Part shown: positions 62,020 through 64,000 of the stretch, piece after piece
How positions within the stretch are numbered: position 1 is the stretch's first letter
How the letters are laid out: each line of letters opens with the position of its first letter
Origin: Nymphaea colorata
Lineage: Eukaryota
DNA length: 64,000 nucleotides
Assembly (NCBI RefSeq): GCF_008831285.2
Contig: NC_045138.2
Span: 16,926,001 to 16,990,000, forward strand
Direction of reading: 5' to 3'
The notes under the pieces: model-generated
The model's input: the letters and a program-made list of their open reading frames with translations, nothing else
What the model was told of the DNA's origin: nothing
The model's database searches: none
Translations under genes and position numbers: made by a program

Positions 62020-63510
62020 TTGAGGAAGAGAATCTTAAGCATTTGTCAGTCGATAAAACACATCCCAAAGAACTCAAACGATCTATGTTGACATTTATAA
62101 GTCTTCTAAATATCATCATCTTTTCGAGTGAATGAAATTTGAACTACCACCCGAAGAAGACCGGAGCCCTCACCCAACTCCTCGTTCTCTAAGGACCAAT
62201 TTTAGTGCCTTGGGATGCTGCTCTTGCTGCCCTTCAACTTGCACATTGGTAGCTCCCCATTTACAACACAAAGAATTGATACCCTGAGATTCAAAACAGA
62301 AACTGATCGCCTACCAGTCCCCTACTCAATCTCATTGTGTCAACCTCTTTGGGGATAATAGCCATCCTCCTTTCATTGGAAAGAATGACATTGAAAAGGA
62401 TAAGTATGTTCAAGAGGTAATAAGTTGAGACTCCTTGGCCCAAGAAATTTACAGGGCAATTCATCAATCATCTTAGCCAATGCATCATGACGTCTAAGCA
62501 CCATAACCCAAGGAGAGCTGCGGGAACTTTCCTGCTATTCCGACATAAGCTAACAAGGCAGGTTCATTTATTTCATTTCCATGTGTTTTCATGGCAATAA
62601 ATGGTTTAAGGTTTAAAAACCAACCGATCAACGTTTCCCACAAAAAAATGAGGCCTATACCAGTGGTCGATCTTTAATGGTGTACTAATCCCCCGCCTAT
62701 AGCTCCTCATTAAGTAGAAAAATAAATTTTTAATAATGCAAATATTCAGAAAATTTTACATAAATCCCCGTCCAAAGAAAATTGGTACCTACATTTATAG
62801 GTCACTCGCTATCTAGTCCTTATAATTAACATTAGAGTTTTTTTTTTTTAATTTATTTAAGGGTAAGTGGTTGATTTCACCTAACCATAGCCTTTCCTGC
62901 CCACTACCTCCAAGTTTCAAAGAGGTTGCTGGGACAATTCAGAGGGGGAGTGCACTAGGACTCGATAACGACTACCATATGATTTGAACTTAAATCTCTC
63001 AATAAGATGTAGGCTGCCTTGCCGCCTAGTATGCTACAAGCACAAGGGGGTTGGTGCAACAGACAAGGCTGGATTGATAAGCGGCTAGTTTCCATTTAGA
63101 ATCTCATGGGCGTCAACTTTTTGTGTTGCAAAATAAAGATCACTGATGTGCAAGTTGAATCACGGTGAGGGCATTCTATATATTGTTCACAAAATATCTG
63201 AACTAAGTAAATATAAAAAGTGTGCTTTTTATCAACTTCATTGATAGTTCATAAAGTGTTACAATATTCAAAATTATTTTTTATAAAAAACAAACGACAA
63301 CTTTGTGCTGAATTGAATTTGAAAATTAACCAAGTTGACCATCAGTAACTTTTAAATTAATCTATAAACTGTTTGATTAAATAAGATTACTGAATACAAA
63401 CCATTTGGTCAACTTCAATGATGATTTATAAAATCTCATGTATAAAGTTATTAGCAACGGCAAAGGTATTATTGGCAACAGTAATAGCCATCGCCAATAG
63501 TACTTACTGC

Positions 63511-63956
63511 TGGCATGATTTGCTTCGGATTATGACACCTTGATCCAATGGTCTCCAGTTGATGAGAAGTAACGATTAGTATCATTTTTCACATGCATTT
63601 CCAACTTTATTCATTATGAGTCGGGCAACTAATTTGCATCCAGTCCCAACTAATCCTTCAATCTTTTCATGGTGCAGATCATGATATTATCATTCTTAAC
63701 CAACTCAAATGTTCCAAGAACTAATAAACTCCAACGGTGCCATCCAAGAGACTGTTTAAAGTGAAAAGGGTAGAGAATAATAGTGTCATCTGTACTATAA
63801 AAAGATTGAAGGACGAGTTGGGACTGGAAGCAAATTAGTTTGCTCGTGTCATAATGAATCAAGTTGGAAATGCATGTGAAAAAATGATATTTGTTACTTC
63901 TCATCAACTGCGGAACCATTGAATCCAGGTGTGATTATACAAGTCAAATCACACCA
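63511..63956 (+). ncRNA. Long fold-back hairpin A2 (~185-bp arms), candidate hpRNA precursor
   Basis: 63511-~63697 is reverse complementary to ~63772-63956, e.g. cacatgcatttccaact / agttggaaatgcatgtg and ccagtcccaact / agttgggactgg. Confidence 0.6.
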
Positions 63957-64000
63957 TACTCAAAACTGCTGGAGCACCCAAAAAGGAAAAGCAAGATTGG

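Overview
Angiosperm nuclear DNA with spliceosomal introns, MITEs and microsatellites; the species cannot be fixed from sequence alone. Gene order: a truncated MUSTANG fragment fused to processed eIF5A pieces (1-428); two potato-inhibitor-I (I13) protease inhibitor genes plus a remnant (4.9-8.8 kb); a MyoB/DUF593 myosin receptor gene (minus); a plastid pfkB kinase (PNK1-like); two tandem 712-aa MUSTANG-A domesticated MULE genes from a ~10 kb duplication that also left a decayed FLK 3' half; and the intact FLK KH-domain gene (minus). The most unusual part is the non-coding 57.6-64 kb region. It holds a cluster of long fold-back hairpins of two families with a shared downstream tail. The family B hairpins show plus-strand G:U bias and compensatory substitutions, which suggests a hairpin-RNA/small-RNA precursor locus. 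All alignments and pairings were done by eye.
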